Of a stretch of DNA of 64,000 nucleotides, positions 1-10,714 are shown in pieces. The stretch's first letter is position 1, and each line of letters opens with the position of its first letter. Origin of the DNA: an uncultured Lentisphaerales bacterium. GTDB lineage: Bacteria > Verrucomicrobiota > Lentisphaeria > JABSQK01 > UBA12247. Below the pieces are notes generated by a model. That model made no database searches. It was not told the DNA's origin and worked only from the letters and a program-made list of their open reading frames with translations. Made by a program: the position numbers and the translations under genes. Where the stretch lies: NCBI GenBank assembly GCA_943788985.1, contig CALSSJ010000022.1:11020-75019 (forward strand), written 5' to 3'.

Positions 1-931
1 TCAGCGTACTGCCAATAATGACCCAATCACGATTCTCACAGTTGGCGGTGTCAGGATCGATGGGACGCTTGAGGTATCTGGCAGCGACGGCGTCGTGGGT
101 TCGGCTGCGGGCGGCGAGGCAGCGCCTGGCACCGGGGGCTATCAGGGTGGGCGTGCTGCTGGCGCAAGCCCAGCAACCGGCGGCGACGGTCCTGGCGGTG
201 GTGCGCCGGGCAGCGCCCAATTTCCAACTGGCGGGCAGGCTGGCCACTCCACACCGGGTTCCGGCGTCGGTGCCGGACGGTCCTATGGCACCTTTCTTGC
301 GACAGCTGCCAGCGGCGGCTCAGGCGGCGGTGGCGGGTTCGGCACCGTTGAGGCACCGGGCGGCGGCGGAGGTGGTGGCGGTGGTGCCATCACCATTATT
401 GCTAGCAGCACGATTTCCCTGTCCGGCGAGATTCTCGCACAAGGCGGACTGGGGGCCACCAACGGTGGCAATGGCTCTGGCGGCATGGTCCGTCTCGTCG
501 CAGGTCAGATCGCCGGAGACGGCCTAATCGACACGCACCGCGACGGTACGCAACCGGGCTGGGTTCGTCTGGAGGCAGAGACATCCACCTTTAGTGGTGT
601 CTCTCTTCCTGCCGCGACCGTGGCCAGGCCTACCCCCCCCCCGGTCGTGGGCGACGAAGTGCAAATTAGAGTCCTCAGTATCAACGATCAGGCAGCTACG
701 GCATCCACCGGAAACACGGACGCTGTGGACATCTCGTTCACCGGTTCCACGACTACGATCTTACTCTCGGCAACCGGAGTTCCCGACGGCGAGCGCATTC
801 AGCTGCGCATTGTCCTTGAAAATGGCCAGGTGTTGAACGTCCAGAGCGATCCTCTCGCGGGTGGCCAGGCGACCGCCACTGCATCCGTTCCAGTGGGCTC
901 TGGCACGATCACGCCCTACGTCGAGTACTAG
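1..931 (+). CDS. Glycine-rich putative surface/secreted protein, 5'-truncated by the window edge
   Basis: The frame of ORF 95..931 is open back to position 2 (QRTANNDPITILTVGGVRIDGTLEVSG). It has GPGG/GGSGGGGG/GGGGGGAITI motifs and a beta-rich C-terminal domain. Confidence 0.7.
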   Translation, partial: QRTANNDPITILTVGGVRIDGTLEVSGSDGVVGSAAGGEAAPGTGGYQGGRAAGASPATGGDGPGGGAPGSAQFPTGGQAGHSTPGSGVGAGRSYGTFLATAASGGSGGGGGFGTVEAPGGGGGGGGGAITIIASSTISLSGEILAQGGLGATNGGNGSGGMVRLVAGQIAGDGLIDTHRDGTQPGWVRLEAETSTFSGVSLPAATVARPTPPPVVGDEVQIRVLSINDQAATASTGNTDAVDISFTGSTTTILLSATGVPDGERIQLRIVLENGQVLNVQSDPLAGGQATATASVPVGSGTITPYVEY

Positions 932-1149
932 TGTGGTGAATCATAAGTTCGTCAGAAAATGCGAGGGCCTTTCGGCGCTCCACCGTACTGGCGACACCTC
1001 GCCGATGGCCTAGCAGTCATACGCCACCTGCAGTGAGCCTGCCGAATGCTCCGCAGCGAGATGTAGGCACGGCAGCACTGGGAATTTGCAGTCCAGCTCT
1101 TATTTCATTGGGCGCACTATGAAAACACTGTGAGAGGACCGGAAAAGCC

Positions 1150-1788
1150 ATGGAAGATCAGCTCAGAGCTGGCGTGTTAGCCAGAGGCACAGATTGGTTT
1201 GCGATCAACAAGCCGGCAGGGGTGTCCGTTCATAACGAAAAGGGCAATGACGTCGTCAGCGCCTTTCCAGAATACGAGAAACTGTTCTTGTTGAACCGGT
1301 TAGACGTTCCAGTCAGCGGTATCGTGTTACTGGCGAGTGACAAATTAGTTGCCGCGGCCATACAGGGCCAATTCGCGGATCGCAGTGTAAAGAAGCGCTA
1401 CCGTGCCATCGCCACCATGCCTGAGGGGTTTTGCGCCGACGTTCCGGGCGAGGGGGTCTGGAAAAAGCCCTTGACGAAGAAGGCAGAGAATCGTGCTAAA
1501 CCGGCAGGGTGGGGCGGAAGACGCGTCCCCTGCCAAACCACGTGGACAATCGAAAAGGTCGAAGAGGCGAGGATTTATCTGACGTTGATCCCACATACGG
1601 GCCGTAAGCACCAATTACGGCGGCACGCAGCCATTGCTGGCTGGCCCCTTGTGGGCGACCGGCGTTATGGCCAGCCCGACGCCCCGGCAGGCTTTGCCGA
1701 GCGCATTGCCCTGCACGCCGAGTGGCTGGAGTTTCGCGCCCCGAACAGCGAGGAAACCGTGGAGATCACCTGCCCGGCACCCTGGTGA
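1150..1788 (+). CDS. RluA-family RNA pseudouridine synthase
   Basis: INKPAG, NRLDxxxSG with the catalytic Asp, TGRKHQLRRH, GDRRYG, LHAxxLxF. Confidence 0.92.
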   Translation: MEDQLRAGVLARGTDWFAINKPAGVSVHNEKGNDVVSAFPEYEKLFLLNRLDVPVSGIVLLASDKLVAAAIQGQFADRSVKKRYRAIATMPEGFCADVPGEGVWKKPLTKKAENRAKPAGWGGRRVPCQTTWTIEKVEEARIYLTLIPHTGRKHQLRRHAAIAGWPLVGDRRYGQPDAPAGFAERIALHAEWLEFRAPNSEETVEITCPAPW

Positions 1789-2402
1789 CCAGAAGCCAGA
1801 TAGCCCCACACCTTAAGCTCCTACTGATACCATAGCCGGCCTGTCAGGGAATGAGCGAAGTGAATGCCAACTCTCAAGTGGTGTCTTACCTGCCTCGACC
1901 TGGACAGCGACGCCAACTGGCAGGCTTCCGAGCACACATCAGGCTTCCGTACACGCGGCCTCCGCCGCCCATTCTTCCTGCGCTGGTGAATTGCCAGCGA
2001 ATAATGTCTCTCCAAAGAAGTGAAGTAGGCTATTCTGGAATCTGATCTTGAGTTAGGTTCTGCCACGCGAATTGTGCTGGTCTTTGACCTTCTGCACCCG
2101 GCCCCGCCAATCAGTTCTCTGCTTTGGTGGCAATCTTCCAGAGCTGGTGCCCTCGACCACGCAGGGATCTGCATGCCACCCGAACGAGGAACTCGCCGAA
2201 GCTGCGGTGGTGTTGCTCAAGGCACAGGCGAAGAGAGAGGCGAGAAAATGAAACCGCCAAGAGGCGTTGTGCAGGGTTAACTCTACAGGAAGAAGGGAAC
2301 TTAGGGAAGGCGTGATGCATGACCAATCCTGTCTTCTTACCTTCCCTTCCCTTCCCTTCTTTCCTTCCTGTAAAAATGGGAGCGGCGCAATGCAGCGAAG
2401 GT

Positions 2403-2640
2403 CTATTTGCCGTTCGACTTCAAATAGATCAGAGCGCGGCGCCAGCGCTCCTCGAACTCGGCAGCGGTCCAGCGTTGGCGCCCCCCCAAGGGATCGCCGA
2501 TTATTAGGCAGCCCTCTCCCACTTCCAGGACGACCACGTAGTGATCGACAAAGCATGTTAGTTTGACGACGACGATCGCGGGCAAGCAGCCTGCGGGCAA
2601 CTCTGAAACGGCTTCGTAAGTCCCAACCTTGCCACCCTCA
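2403..2640 (-). pseudogene. Fragment resembling the C-terminal half of a C39-like cysteine peptidase
   Basis: LPAIVVV...DHYVVV...IIGDPLGGRQRWTAAEFEERW. The N-terminal catalytic Cys part is absent and there is an in-frame stop just upstream. Confidence 0.55.
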
Positions 2641-2768
2641 CGGCGTCCAATTGTAGTTCAAGCATAATTATCCTCCTTTTCTACGGAGCCTGACAAGTGG
2701 ATTGGAAGCTGGGCGGGAAGGCCCTACCGTAGGTGGAATTGATCTCATGCATACGCCAAAGGTATCCC

Positions 2769-4460
2769 ATGCGCACGGTCCTCGCTCTTTCCCTGTGTTG
2801 TTTGTTCTCGTTTGCGGACACCGCAATTATCAGCCCCCATGACATTGTGCGGCCAGAAATAGCACATTCTGCGATGATCGCCGCCAGCGAGCCAATCGCG
2901 GCAGAAGCGGGCCGCGCCATTCTGGCCGAGGGCGGTAATGCCGTGGATGCAGCGGTGACGATGGCATTCACGATGGCGGCGACTCTGCCCCGCGCCGGGA
3001 ATCTTGGCGGTGGCGGCTTCATGGTTTTGCGAACTCCGCAAGGAGTGGTCGAAGTGATCGATTTTCGCGAGATGGCACCCGCAGCAGCCACCCGGGATAT
3101 GTTTCTGAATGAGGCCGGTGATGCAGATTCAGAGAAGAGTCGGTTTTCGCATCTTGCAGTGGGGGTGCCCGGTACAGTGGCCGGTCTGGCACTGGCCTTG
3201 GAACACCATGGCACCAAGGATCTGAAGCGGGTGCTGGCACCGGCGATTGAGGCCGCGAACGGCTTCGACGCGCCACAATCGCTGACTGAGGCAATCACCG
3301 CGCGCACTGATCGCCTGGGAGCCAACGCAGCAGCAGCAGCGGTCTTTCTACCGCAGGGCAAAGCACCCCAGCCCGGCAGCCACTTTGCGCAGCCGGACCT
3401 CGCGCGCACCTTGCAGCAGATCGCCGATGGCGGCGCTGAGGCGTTCTACAACGGTCCGTTTGCTGATGCGATCAGCAAGGAGATGGCGGCCAACGGCGGA
3501 CTAGTGACGAAGGCCGACATGGCGACCTACCAGGCCATCGTGCGCGAGCCGATTCGCGGGACCTACCGCGGCTATGACGTGTACTCGATGCCGCCACCGA
3601 GTTCGGGCGGTGTGCATATCGTGCAGCTGCTGAACATTCTTTCTGGCTATGATCTGACAGCGGCTGGGCACAATTCGGCGCAGTCGATTCACTGGCTCGC
3701 GGAGTCAATGAAGTACGCGTACGCAGATCGCTCGAAATACCTGGGAGACACCGATTTTGTCGACGTGCCGATTGAGCAACTGACCAGCGATTCCTATGCG
3801 ACGGCTGTGCGCAGCGGGATCGCAGAGCAGGCTCGGCCAAGTGAGGAGATTCGCCCTGGCCAACTGCTTCCGCCAGAGAGCAACGAGACCACGCACTTCT
3901 CGATCATTGACCATCACGGCTTCGCGGTGGCAGTGACGTACACGCTGAATTTCTCGTTTGGTTCCGGCATCATGGTCCCCGGCACGGGCGTGCTGCTGAA
4001 CAACGAGATGGACGACTTCAGTGCGAAAGCCGGGGTGCCGAACGCGTATGGTCTGCTAGGCGGAGAGGCCAACGCAGTGGAACCAGGCAAGCGGATGCTG
4101 AGTTCGATGAGCCCCACACTGCTGGTGAAGGACGGTCAGGTCTTCCTGGCGACGGGAAGCCCTGGCGGCTCCCGCATCATCACGACAGTGCTGCAGGTCA
4201 TTCTCAATCTGGTGGACCATGGCATGAACTTGCAGGAAGCTGTGAACGCGCCGCGCGTGCATCATCAGTGGCTACCAGATGAGTTGCGCGTCGAGAGTGG
4301 GATCAGCGCGGATACGATCCGGTTGCTGGAGGCGCGCGGTCATCGGGTCGTGGAGAAGACGACGATGGGGGCAGCAGCAAGCGTGTTGCGGAGTTCGCAA
4401 ACCGGCCAACTGCAGGGCGCTGCAGACCCGCGCCGCGATGGGGTGGCTGTGGGGCTGTGA
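2769..4460 (+). CDS. ggt: Gamma-glutamyltransferase
   Basis: Signal peptide, GGNAVDAA, GGGGF, DFRE, ETTHFS autocleavage Thr, LLNNEMDDF, LSSMSPT, GSPGGSRI, ADPRRDG. Confidence 0.97.
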   Translation: MRTVLALSLCCLFSFADTAIISPHDIVRPEIAHSAMIAASEPIAAEAGRAILAEGGNAVDAAVTMAFTMAATLPRAGNLGGGGFMVLRTPQGVVEVIDFREMAPAAATRDMFLNEAGDADSEKSRFSHLAVGVPGTVAGLALALEHHGTKDLKRVLAPAIEAANGFDAPQSLTEAITARTDRLGANAAAAAVFLPQGKAPQPGSHFAQPDLARTLQQIADGGAEAFYNGPFADAISKEMAANGGLVTKADMATYQAIVREPIRGTYRGYDVYSMPPPSSGGVHIVQLLNILSGYDLTAAGHNSAQSIHWLAESMKYAYADRSKYLGDTDFVDVPIEQLTSDSYATAVRSGIAEQARPSEEIRPGQLLPPESNETTHFSIIDHHGFAVAVTYTLNFSFGSGIMVPGTGVLLNNEMDDFSAKAGVPNAYGLLGGEANAVEPGKRMLSSMSPTLLVKDGQVFLATGSPGGSRIITTVLQVILNLVDHGMNLQEAVNAPRVHHQWLPDELRVESGISADTIRLLEARGHRVVEKTTMGAAASVLRSSQTGQLQGAADPRRDGVAVGL

Positions 4461-5473
4461 GGCCGCTGCTGGTCGATCTAGGACTAGTCTCGGGCGGGGC
4501 CGAGCGCAGCTTTGCGGACTTCGCAACTCTGAAGAAGGTGGAGGCGGCGGGCGTGATTTGTGGGCCGGGTGCAGCTGATTTGTTCGAGAGTGAGGGGCCG
4601 CTCGGCGGGCGGCCGTGGTCACGCAGCGTCTCGGGTATCACAAATCTGATGCTGGACTGCGCAAGGCTGCGGCGGCAGGTGGCTACTGCGATTCAGGCGA
4701 CGGGGTGCTCGCTGGTGTATGCGAACGGGATTCGTGCCGGGCTGATCTGTTCGTTGGCGGTGCCGTCGGGGATTCCGCTGGTGTACCATCACCGCGATCT
4801 GGGCGGGCCGACTCTGCTGCTGCGGAGAATTTCTGAGGCGAGTGCCCGTTGGATTGTGGCAAGCGAATTTGTCCGGAAGTCGGTTTGCGGAGTTCACAAA
4901 GCTGTGGCTGTGGTCCCGAACGGGTTTTCGTTCGCCAGCATGAGTGCTGTGCCTGCGGAAGTGCCGGGCGCTGGCCCGTTGGTGGTCATGGTGGCGGATC
5001 TGGTCCCTTGGAAGCGGCATGACTTGTTTGCTGCCTCGGTGGCGCTGGCACGGGAAAAGATACCCCAGTTGCGGGCACTTGTGGTGGGGCGCGAGCGCGA
5101 TGCGGAGCAAGCGCGGGTGGTGCGCCAAGGGTTGGGAGAGATCGAGGTGATCGCCACTGCTGGCGCGCTGCCGTATATCGCCGCGGCGGATGTGCTGATG
5201 TCGCCGACGGACGTGGAGCCGTTCGGCCGGACGGTGATCGAAGCGCTGCATTGCGGGACGCGCGTGGTGGCGAGTGACGTGGGGGGGGCGGCTGAGTTAG
5301 GAGAGCGGTTTGCGGCCATCGAGACGGCGGCTTCGGAGCCGGTTGCGATGTCCGCAGCGTTGCTCGCGCAGCTGGCCAGACCGCGAGTGGTTTCGGACCT
5401 TGCGGAGTTCGCAATCGAGCGTACCGCGGGCAAGGTCTGGGACATTTTTTCAGATTCAACGAGAGGGTCTTGA
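4457..5473 (+). CDS. Glycosyltransferase family 4 (GT-B)
   Basis: GGAERS, VVPNG, PWKRHD, EPFGRTVIEAL, VASDVGG. The GTG start overlaps the ggt stop. Confidence 0.9.
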   Translation: MRPLLVDLGLVSGGAERSFADFATLKKVEAAGVICGPGAADLFESEGPLGGRPWSRSVSGITNLMLDCARLRRQVATAIQATGCSLVYANGIRAGLICSLAVPSGIPLVYHHRDLGGPTLLLRRISEASARWIVASEFVRKSVCGVHKAVAVVPNGFSFASMSAVPAEVPGAGPLVVMVADLVPWKRHDLFAASVALAREKIPQLRALVVGRERDAEQARVVRQGLGEIEVIATAGALPYIAAADVLMSPTDVEPFGRTVIEALHCGTRVVASDVGGAAELGERFAAIETAASEPVAMSAALLAQLARPRVVSDLAEFAIERTAGKVWDIFSDSTRGS

Positions 5474-5477
5474 GATC

Positions 5478-6314
5478 ATGGAGCGCAATCTAGAGAATGA
5501 AGTGGCTGTGGTCACAGGCGGGGGCGGTGTGCTGTGCTCGGTGATGGCACGCGAGTTGGCAGCACGCGGGGCAAAAGTCGTGGTGATGAGTCGCAAGCAG
5601 GAGAATGCGGACGCGGCCGCGGACGCGATTCGTGAGGTGAGTGATGATGTGCTGGCGATTGCCGCCGATGTGCTGGATCGCGATAGCTTGCTGGATGCGA
5701 ACGAAAAGACACGCGAGGCGTTTGGCCCGTGCACGCTGTTGGTCAATGGCGCTGGCGGGAATCACCCGGATGGCAATACGGCGATGGAGTTTCTGCAGCA
5801 GGAAGATCTGACAAACGGCACACGGACGTTTTTCGATCTGGGCTGCGAAGGGTTTTCTTTTGTGTTCGACACAAACATGATCGGTGTAGTCCAGGCGACC
5901 CAGGTGTTTGCGCGTGACATGGCCGCGACCGGGCACGGGAGTGTGATCAATGTTTCCTCAATGAGCGCGTTCTCACCGCTGACGAAAGTGGCGGCCTATA
6001 GTGCAGCCAAGGCGGCGGTGAACAACTTTACGCAATGGCTGGCAGTGCACCTGTCCGGGACGGGAGTACGGGTGAACGCGATCGCGCCGGGATTCTTCCT
6101 TACGCGGCAGAATAAAGATCTGCTGACCAATCCGGATGGATCATACACGGCACGTGGTGGCAAGGTGATTTCCCAGACGCCGATGGGACGCTACGGCAAG
6201 CCTGAAGAGCTGCTCGGGACGCTGGTCTGGCTTGCAGATCGGACCCAGTCTGGTTTTGTTACTGGTGTGGTCGTGCCCGTTGACGGCGGATTCAATGCGT
6301 ATAGCGGGGTCTAG
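5478..6314 (+). CDS. uxuB: SDR oxidoreductase, D-mannonate oxidoreductase (UxuB)-like
   Basis: TGGGGVLC, NGAGGNHP, YSAAK, VNAIAPGFF, PVDGGFNAYSGV, typical of the UxuB SDR subgroup. Confidence 0.8.
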   Translation: MERNLENEVAVVTGGGGVLCSVMARELAARGAKVVVMSRKQENADAAADAIREVSDDVLAIAADVLDRDSLLDANEKTREAFGPCTLLVNGAGGNHPDGNTAMEFLQQEDLTNGTRTFFDLGCEGFSFVFDTNMIGVVQATQVFARDMAATGHGSVINVSSMSAFSPLTKVAAYSAAKAAVNNFTQWLAVHLSGTGVRVNAIAPGFFLTRQNKDLLTNPDGSYTARGGKVISQTPMGRYGKPEELLGTLVWLADRTQSGFVTGVVVPVDGGFNAYSGV

Positions 6315-6424
6315 CAGCTGGTTCTATCCCACCTTGCTCCGCTGGCATTGGCCAGAATGCACGATAGATTCTTGAGCGCAAGGTGTTCGTTTATAGGGTT
6401 TCGTGGCTCGTAAAGAAGGGAAGC

Positions 6425-9280
6425 ATGGCAAGCACCCCGTTACCAGAAGACATCCGTGGGGAATGGGTTTGGAATCAAGAATCCCTTACCTCCATAGACA
6501 GTTACGTCTTTCTCCGGCGCGATTTCACGCTATTTGAGACACCACAGGTCGCAGAGCTGTGGGTTACGTCCAGCCACGCGTTCCACCTGTACATCAACGG
6601 CCGCCATTTCACTTGTGGCTCAATGGGCGGGGTCGGGGTGCGCCACTACGTGCTGTATTTCGACGTCGGCTATACGCTAGAAGTCGGCAATAACTCGCTG
6701 GCCGTGGTGGCCCATCACATCGATATCGCCACCTATGCCCAGCAGCAGGGCGAGCGCGGGTTTTGGTGCCAGCTAAATTTGGACGGCGAGCCGTATGTCT
6801 GGACGAACGACGAATGGCTGACCTATCCTTACGAGGTCTATACGGGCCGCCAACCGCGCATTTCACGGGCCTCTACGTTCGTGGAAACGGTGGACCTAAA
6901 ACGCTACCCAGTGGGCTGGCAAGAGAGCGACTTTAAGACAGACGATTGGGTCGAGGCCGGCTACACGCGGGAGGTCATCCACGCGGAACTGGATCCCTAT
7001 CCGGCATTCGAGCCGACCTCTGAGCTGGTGCCGGTGCGAAATGTGCTGGTGGCTGGGCGAGCGACCTGTCTGCATTTGACCACGCATGTTTGCATTGCGC
7101 AGGCGGTAAAGGACGCACAGGGCCTGTTCATGGCCGAGACGTTCGTGCAGGTCCCCGATAACGATGATGAGACGATGCTTTACGTGTTCTGTGATGATCC
7201 GTACTATTTCTTCGTCAACGAAGAGTTGGTGAAGTGCCAGGCTTGGCGCGAGCCGCGTGACTGGGCGGACCCGCGCTGGGATACGCCTCGCTGTTTTCAG
7301 CAGGAAGAGGTGATCGACGTGGTCGGCACCGTGATTTTGCAGCCAGGCTGGAACAAGATTACGTTCTTGCAGCAGGTGGAGCCGGATTCGGCAGGGATCA
7401 CGTTGGTCTTTCCGGCTTTGGCAGCGGGATCGCTCAAATTCCTGCGTGGGCCTGATGCGTTCGGACTTCCGGGCTGGAATGTGGCAGGGCCAATGCGCAC
7501 GCCGTTTTCCAAGATTCACGGGACAGTATTTGTGGATAATGTACCGCACACGTCCTACTACAAAATCACGCCGTGTGATGCAGCCGCGCACTTGCTAACC
7601 TATCAGTTTGACTCGGAAGAGGCGACTCTGCCGCCGAATGAGTTGGTGCTGAGCGAGGGGGATTTTGCGATCTTGGAGCTGCCGCAATACACGCGCGGCT
7701 ACGTAGATTGCACGTTCATCGGAAGTGCCGGTGATATCGTAGATGTGGTCTACGGGAACACTCTCCAAGGGTCCGTGCTGAGCCCGTATGACCGCGGGAC
7801 CCGGAAAGTGATCACCAACACTCTACGAGAAGGGGAATGCCAGTGGCACTCTGTCGAGGCGCATGGAATGGCCTGCATCATGGTCCTGGCCCGACAAGCA
7901 GCCACCCGAATCACTATTCGCGACCTGAGTGTGCGGCGGCTGGATCGCAGCTTCCATGAGCAGAATTTGTTTGCCTGTTCGGACGAGTTGATGAACCAGA
8001 TATGGGAGGTCGGCGAGAACACGCTGCAGGCCACCTACGACTACCGATTCCTGAATTCTGCCGGCTTCTTGGAAGGCCAGCTGCTGGGAGACGCGATGAT
8101 TCAGGCGTTGGCCAGTATCGCGCTGGTGGGAGATTTCCGGCTGTCAGAGAAAGCGCTCCGTGAGTTTGCCAACGCACAGCTGGAGACAGGTGAGATCCCG
8201 GCGCTGGCTCCAAGTGATTTTCATGTGAGCTTTTACGACTTTGCGCTGTTGTGGCCACACTGGCTGCAGGTGCACGTTGCCCAGTCCGGTGATTTGGAGT
8301 TGATGCAGGAGATGTTTCCGGTTCTGGAACGGTTGCTGGCCTTCTTTGAAGGAATAGCTGGGCCCGAGACCATGCTGATCGGGGATCTGGAAGAGCCGTT
8401 TCTAACGCCGTCTCTGATCGACTATGATGAGACGGTGGATCACGCTGGCATTGGCACCTGTATCAATTCGCTCTATTGCAATGCACTGTTGAAGTCCGAA
8501 TGGCTCTTCCGTCAGGCTGAACGCACCGAAGAAGCGGATATCTGTCATGAGCGGGCGGCACGCCTCGCGCACAGCCTACGCAAGCTGACTTGGAATGCCG
8601 AGAAGGGGCTGTTTGCAGACTGCTGGTGCGAAAACGAGCGCTCGATGAATTACTCGCTGCAGGCGAATGTACTGGCGATCTTTGGCGGCATCGCGCCGGA
8701 TTGCAACCGGGTGTTCGACAATCTGTTTTTCGAGTACGCGCCATTCCAGGAAGTGCTGGTAGACAAGGACAATGAGAATCCGTATTTCAAGTACTTTATC
8801 CTCGAAGCGGCATTCGCAATCGGTCGCCGTGACTGGGGCATCGAGTACATGCGCTACTACTGGGGCCGGATGATTCAGCAGGGGGCCCGTACTTGGTGGA
8901 ACAAGTTCAGCCCAGACGAGGAATTTGACCTGGACAACGTCCAGAGTGTCTGCCATGGCAACGGGATCTCACCGAACTACTTTCTAATGCGTGAGGTCGT
9001 CGGAATTCGGCCTGTTACAAACGGCTACAAACGCCTCTATTTCAATCCAGTCCTCACCTCGGCCGAATGGGTGCGTGCTCGGATTCACACGCCGGAAGGT
9101 AACTTCAAAATCGAGTGGTCGTACCTGGAGAGCGGCGAACTCCAGATCGTGATTGACTCAGAGTACCCGCTTGAGATCGTGCCGGTGTTGGACAAGGCTG
9201 TGGCAGAGAATGTCGTCGTGCACGTTTCAGATGGCGTCACGATCATTGACGTCGACGATGCGCGTGAACCAACGCGTTGA
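6425..9280 (+). CDS. GH78 alpha-L-rhamnosidase-like protein with degenerate catalytic motifs
   Basis: N-terminal LRRDF/LYING beta-sandwich, FACSDELMNQIW, LGD, GARTWW, SVCHG, TPEG C-terminal domain. Confidence 0.75.
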   Translation: MASTPLPEDIRGEWVWNQESLTSIDSYVFLRRDFTLFETPQVAELWVTSSHAFHLYINGRHFTCGSMGGVGVRHYVLYFDVGYTLEVGNNSLAVVAHHIDIATYAQQQGERGFWCQLNLDGEPYVWTNDEWLTYPYEVYTGRQPRISRASTFVETVDLKRYPVGWQESDFKTDDWVEAGYTREVIHAELDPYPAFEPTSELVPVRNVLVAGRATCLHLTTHVCIAQAVKDAQGLFMAETFVQVPDNDDETMLYVFCDDPYYFFVNEELVKCQAWREPRDWADPRWDTPRCFQQEEVIDVVGTVILQPGWNKITFLQQVEPDSAGITLVFPALAAGSLKFLRGPDAFGLPGWNVAGPMRTPFSKIHGTVFVDNVPHTSYYKITPCDAAAHLLTYQFDSEEATLPPNELVLSEGDFAILELPQYTRGYVDCTFIGSAGDIVDVVYGNTLQGSVLSPYDRGTRKVITNTLREGECQWHSVEAHGMACIMVLARQAATRITIRDLSVRRLDRSFHEQNLFACSDELMNQIWEVGENTLQATYDYRFLNSAGFLEGQLLGDAMIQALASIALVGDFRLSEKALREFANAQLETGEIPALAPSDFHVSFYDFALLWPHWLQVHVAQSGDLELMQEMFPVLERLLAFFEGIAGPETMLIGDLEEPFLTPSLIDYDETVDHAGIGTCINSLYCNALLKSEWLFRQAERTEEADICHERAARLAHSLRKLTWNAEKGLFADCWCENERSMNYSLQANVLAIFGGIAPDCNRVFDNLFFEYAPFQEVLVDKDNENPYFKYFILEAAFAIGRRDWGIEYMRYYWGRMIQQGARTWWNKFSPDEEFDLDNVQSVCHGNGISPNYFLMREVVGIRPVTNGYKRLYFNPVLTSAEWVRARIHTPEGNFKIEWSYLESGELQIVIDSEYPLEIVPVLDKAVAENVVVHVSDGVTIIDVDDAREPTR

Positions 9281-9332
9281 TCGCGCGGGTCCTATGGGCG
9301 GGTTCTATTGACCCTCAGCGATTGCGATAGCG

Positions 9333-10643
9333 ATGGCTACGACCTGCATTCTCGATACAAATGTGCTTTTGCACGATCCAGAGGCGCTGGCCTGTTTTGG
9401 CGATAGCACGGTCCTGATTCCAGTGGCAGTACTCGAAGAGTTGGACGCCTTTAAGCGCGATGCGACCGAGTTGGGCCGAAACGCCCGCCAAGTCACGCAG
9501 GCGCTGGATGAGTTGGCTCAAACCGGGAGGCTCGGAGAGGGCGTGGCGCTGCCGGACGGCGGCCTGCTACAGATTCGCCCTGGTGTCGATGAAGACTTGG
9601 TGGGCTGCCACGGCCTCAGCCTAACTCGAAAAGTCGGCCATCAGCTACTGAATCTGGCGCTATATCTCGCCACGCACCGCCCTGAAACCGCGGTGATCCT
9701 GGTGACCAAGAATGTGAACCTGCGGCTGAAAGCTGACGCTCTGGGCATCTTCGCCGAGGACTATGAAGTGGGGAGAAGAGCGGAGGCGCTGACCGAGCAA
9801 TACATGGGCTGGCACAGAGTAGACGTGTCTGCAGAATTTGTCGACGCGTTCTATGCCAACGGGAAAGCAAGCCTGGAAATTCCCGAGGCAGCGCCCGGCG
9901 AGTACGCGATTCTGATGGTGGACGGCAAACCGCAGGCCGCCGGAAAAGTGGGAAATGGAGGCATCTACACCACGCAAGCACCGGATGACGGGATCTGTGG
10001 GATTGAGGCGCGAAATTTTGAACAGCAATGCGCAATCGATGCCTTACTCGATGACTCGATCAAGCTGGTCACGCTGAGCGGTCGGGCGGGTACCGGAAAA
10101 ACTTTGGTGGCCGTCGCCGCTGGCCTTCATAAGGTCATTCATGAATCGGTGTACACGAAATTACTGATCTCTCGCCCGACGCTGCCGATGGGGCGCGACA
10201 TCGGTTTCATCCCTGGCGACGTCCATGAAAAGATGCGGCCGTGGATCCAACCGTTGTATGATGCGATCGAGTTGATTCGCGATCAGGATCGTCGCCGACA
10301 TCGGCGCACGCTGCCGCCGGACATCATGGAATCAGATGATATTGGCATCGAACCGTTGACCTACATTCGCGGGCGAAGCATCCCGAAGCAATTTTTTATC
10401 ATTGATGAGGCGCAGAATCTTACCCCACACGAGATGAAGACGGTGATCACGCGGGTGGGGCAGAACAGCAAGGTAATCGTTACCGGTGACCCAGAGCAGA
10501 TAGACAACCCGTATGTCGACCTGCATTCTAACGGTTTTTCATATCTGGTGAGTCGCTTTCGGACGCAGCCAATCTCTGCCCACATTGTGCTGGTCGCGGG
10601 TGAGCGTGGGGAACTTGCGGAGATCGCATCCAGAATCATGTAG
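9333..10643 (+). CDS. PIN-domain/PhoH-family ATPase (PhoH2-type)
   Basis: ILDTNVLLHDP PIN domain, GRAGTGKT Walker A, GFIPG, YIRGRS, IIDEAQN, GDPEQID. Confidence 0.95.
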   Translation: MATTCILDTNVLLHDPEALACFGDSTVLIPVAVLEELDAFKRDATELGRNARQVTQALDELAQTGRLGEGVALPDGGLLQIRPGVDEDLVGCHGLSLTRKVGHQLLNLALYLATHRPETAVILVTKNVNLRLKADALGIFAEDYEVGRRAEALTEQYMGWHRVDVSAEFVDAFYANGKASLEIPEAAPGEYAILMVDGKPQAAGKVGNGGIYTTQAPDDGICGIEARNFEQQCAIDALLDDSIKLVTLSGRAGTGKTLVAVAAGLHKVIHESVYTKLLISRPTLPMGRDIGFIPGDVHEKMRPWIQPLYDAIELIRDQDRRRHRRTLPPDIMESDDIGIEPLTYIRGRSIPKQFFIIDEAQNLTPHEMKTVITRVGQNSKVIVTGDPEQIDNPYVDLHSNGFSYLVSRFRTQPISAHIVLVAGERGELAEIASRIM

Positions 10644-10714
10644 CGTTTCAAGCTTGCGGAGTGCTGCCCGGTTCGTACAGTTACCTTTGGTGATTAGTGA
10701 ACGGAGGACGGATA

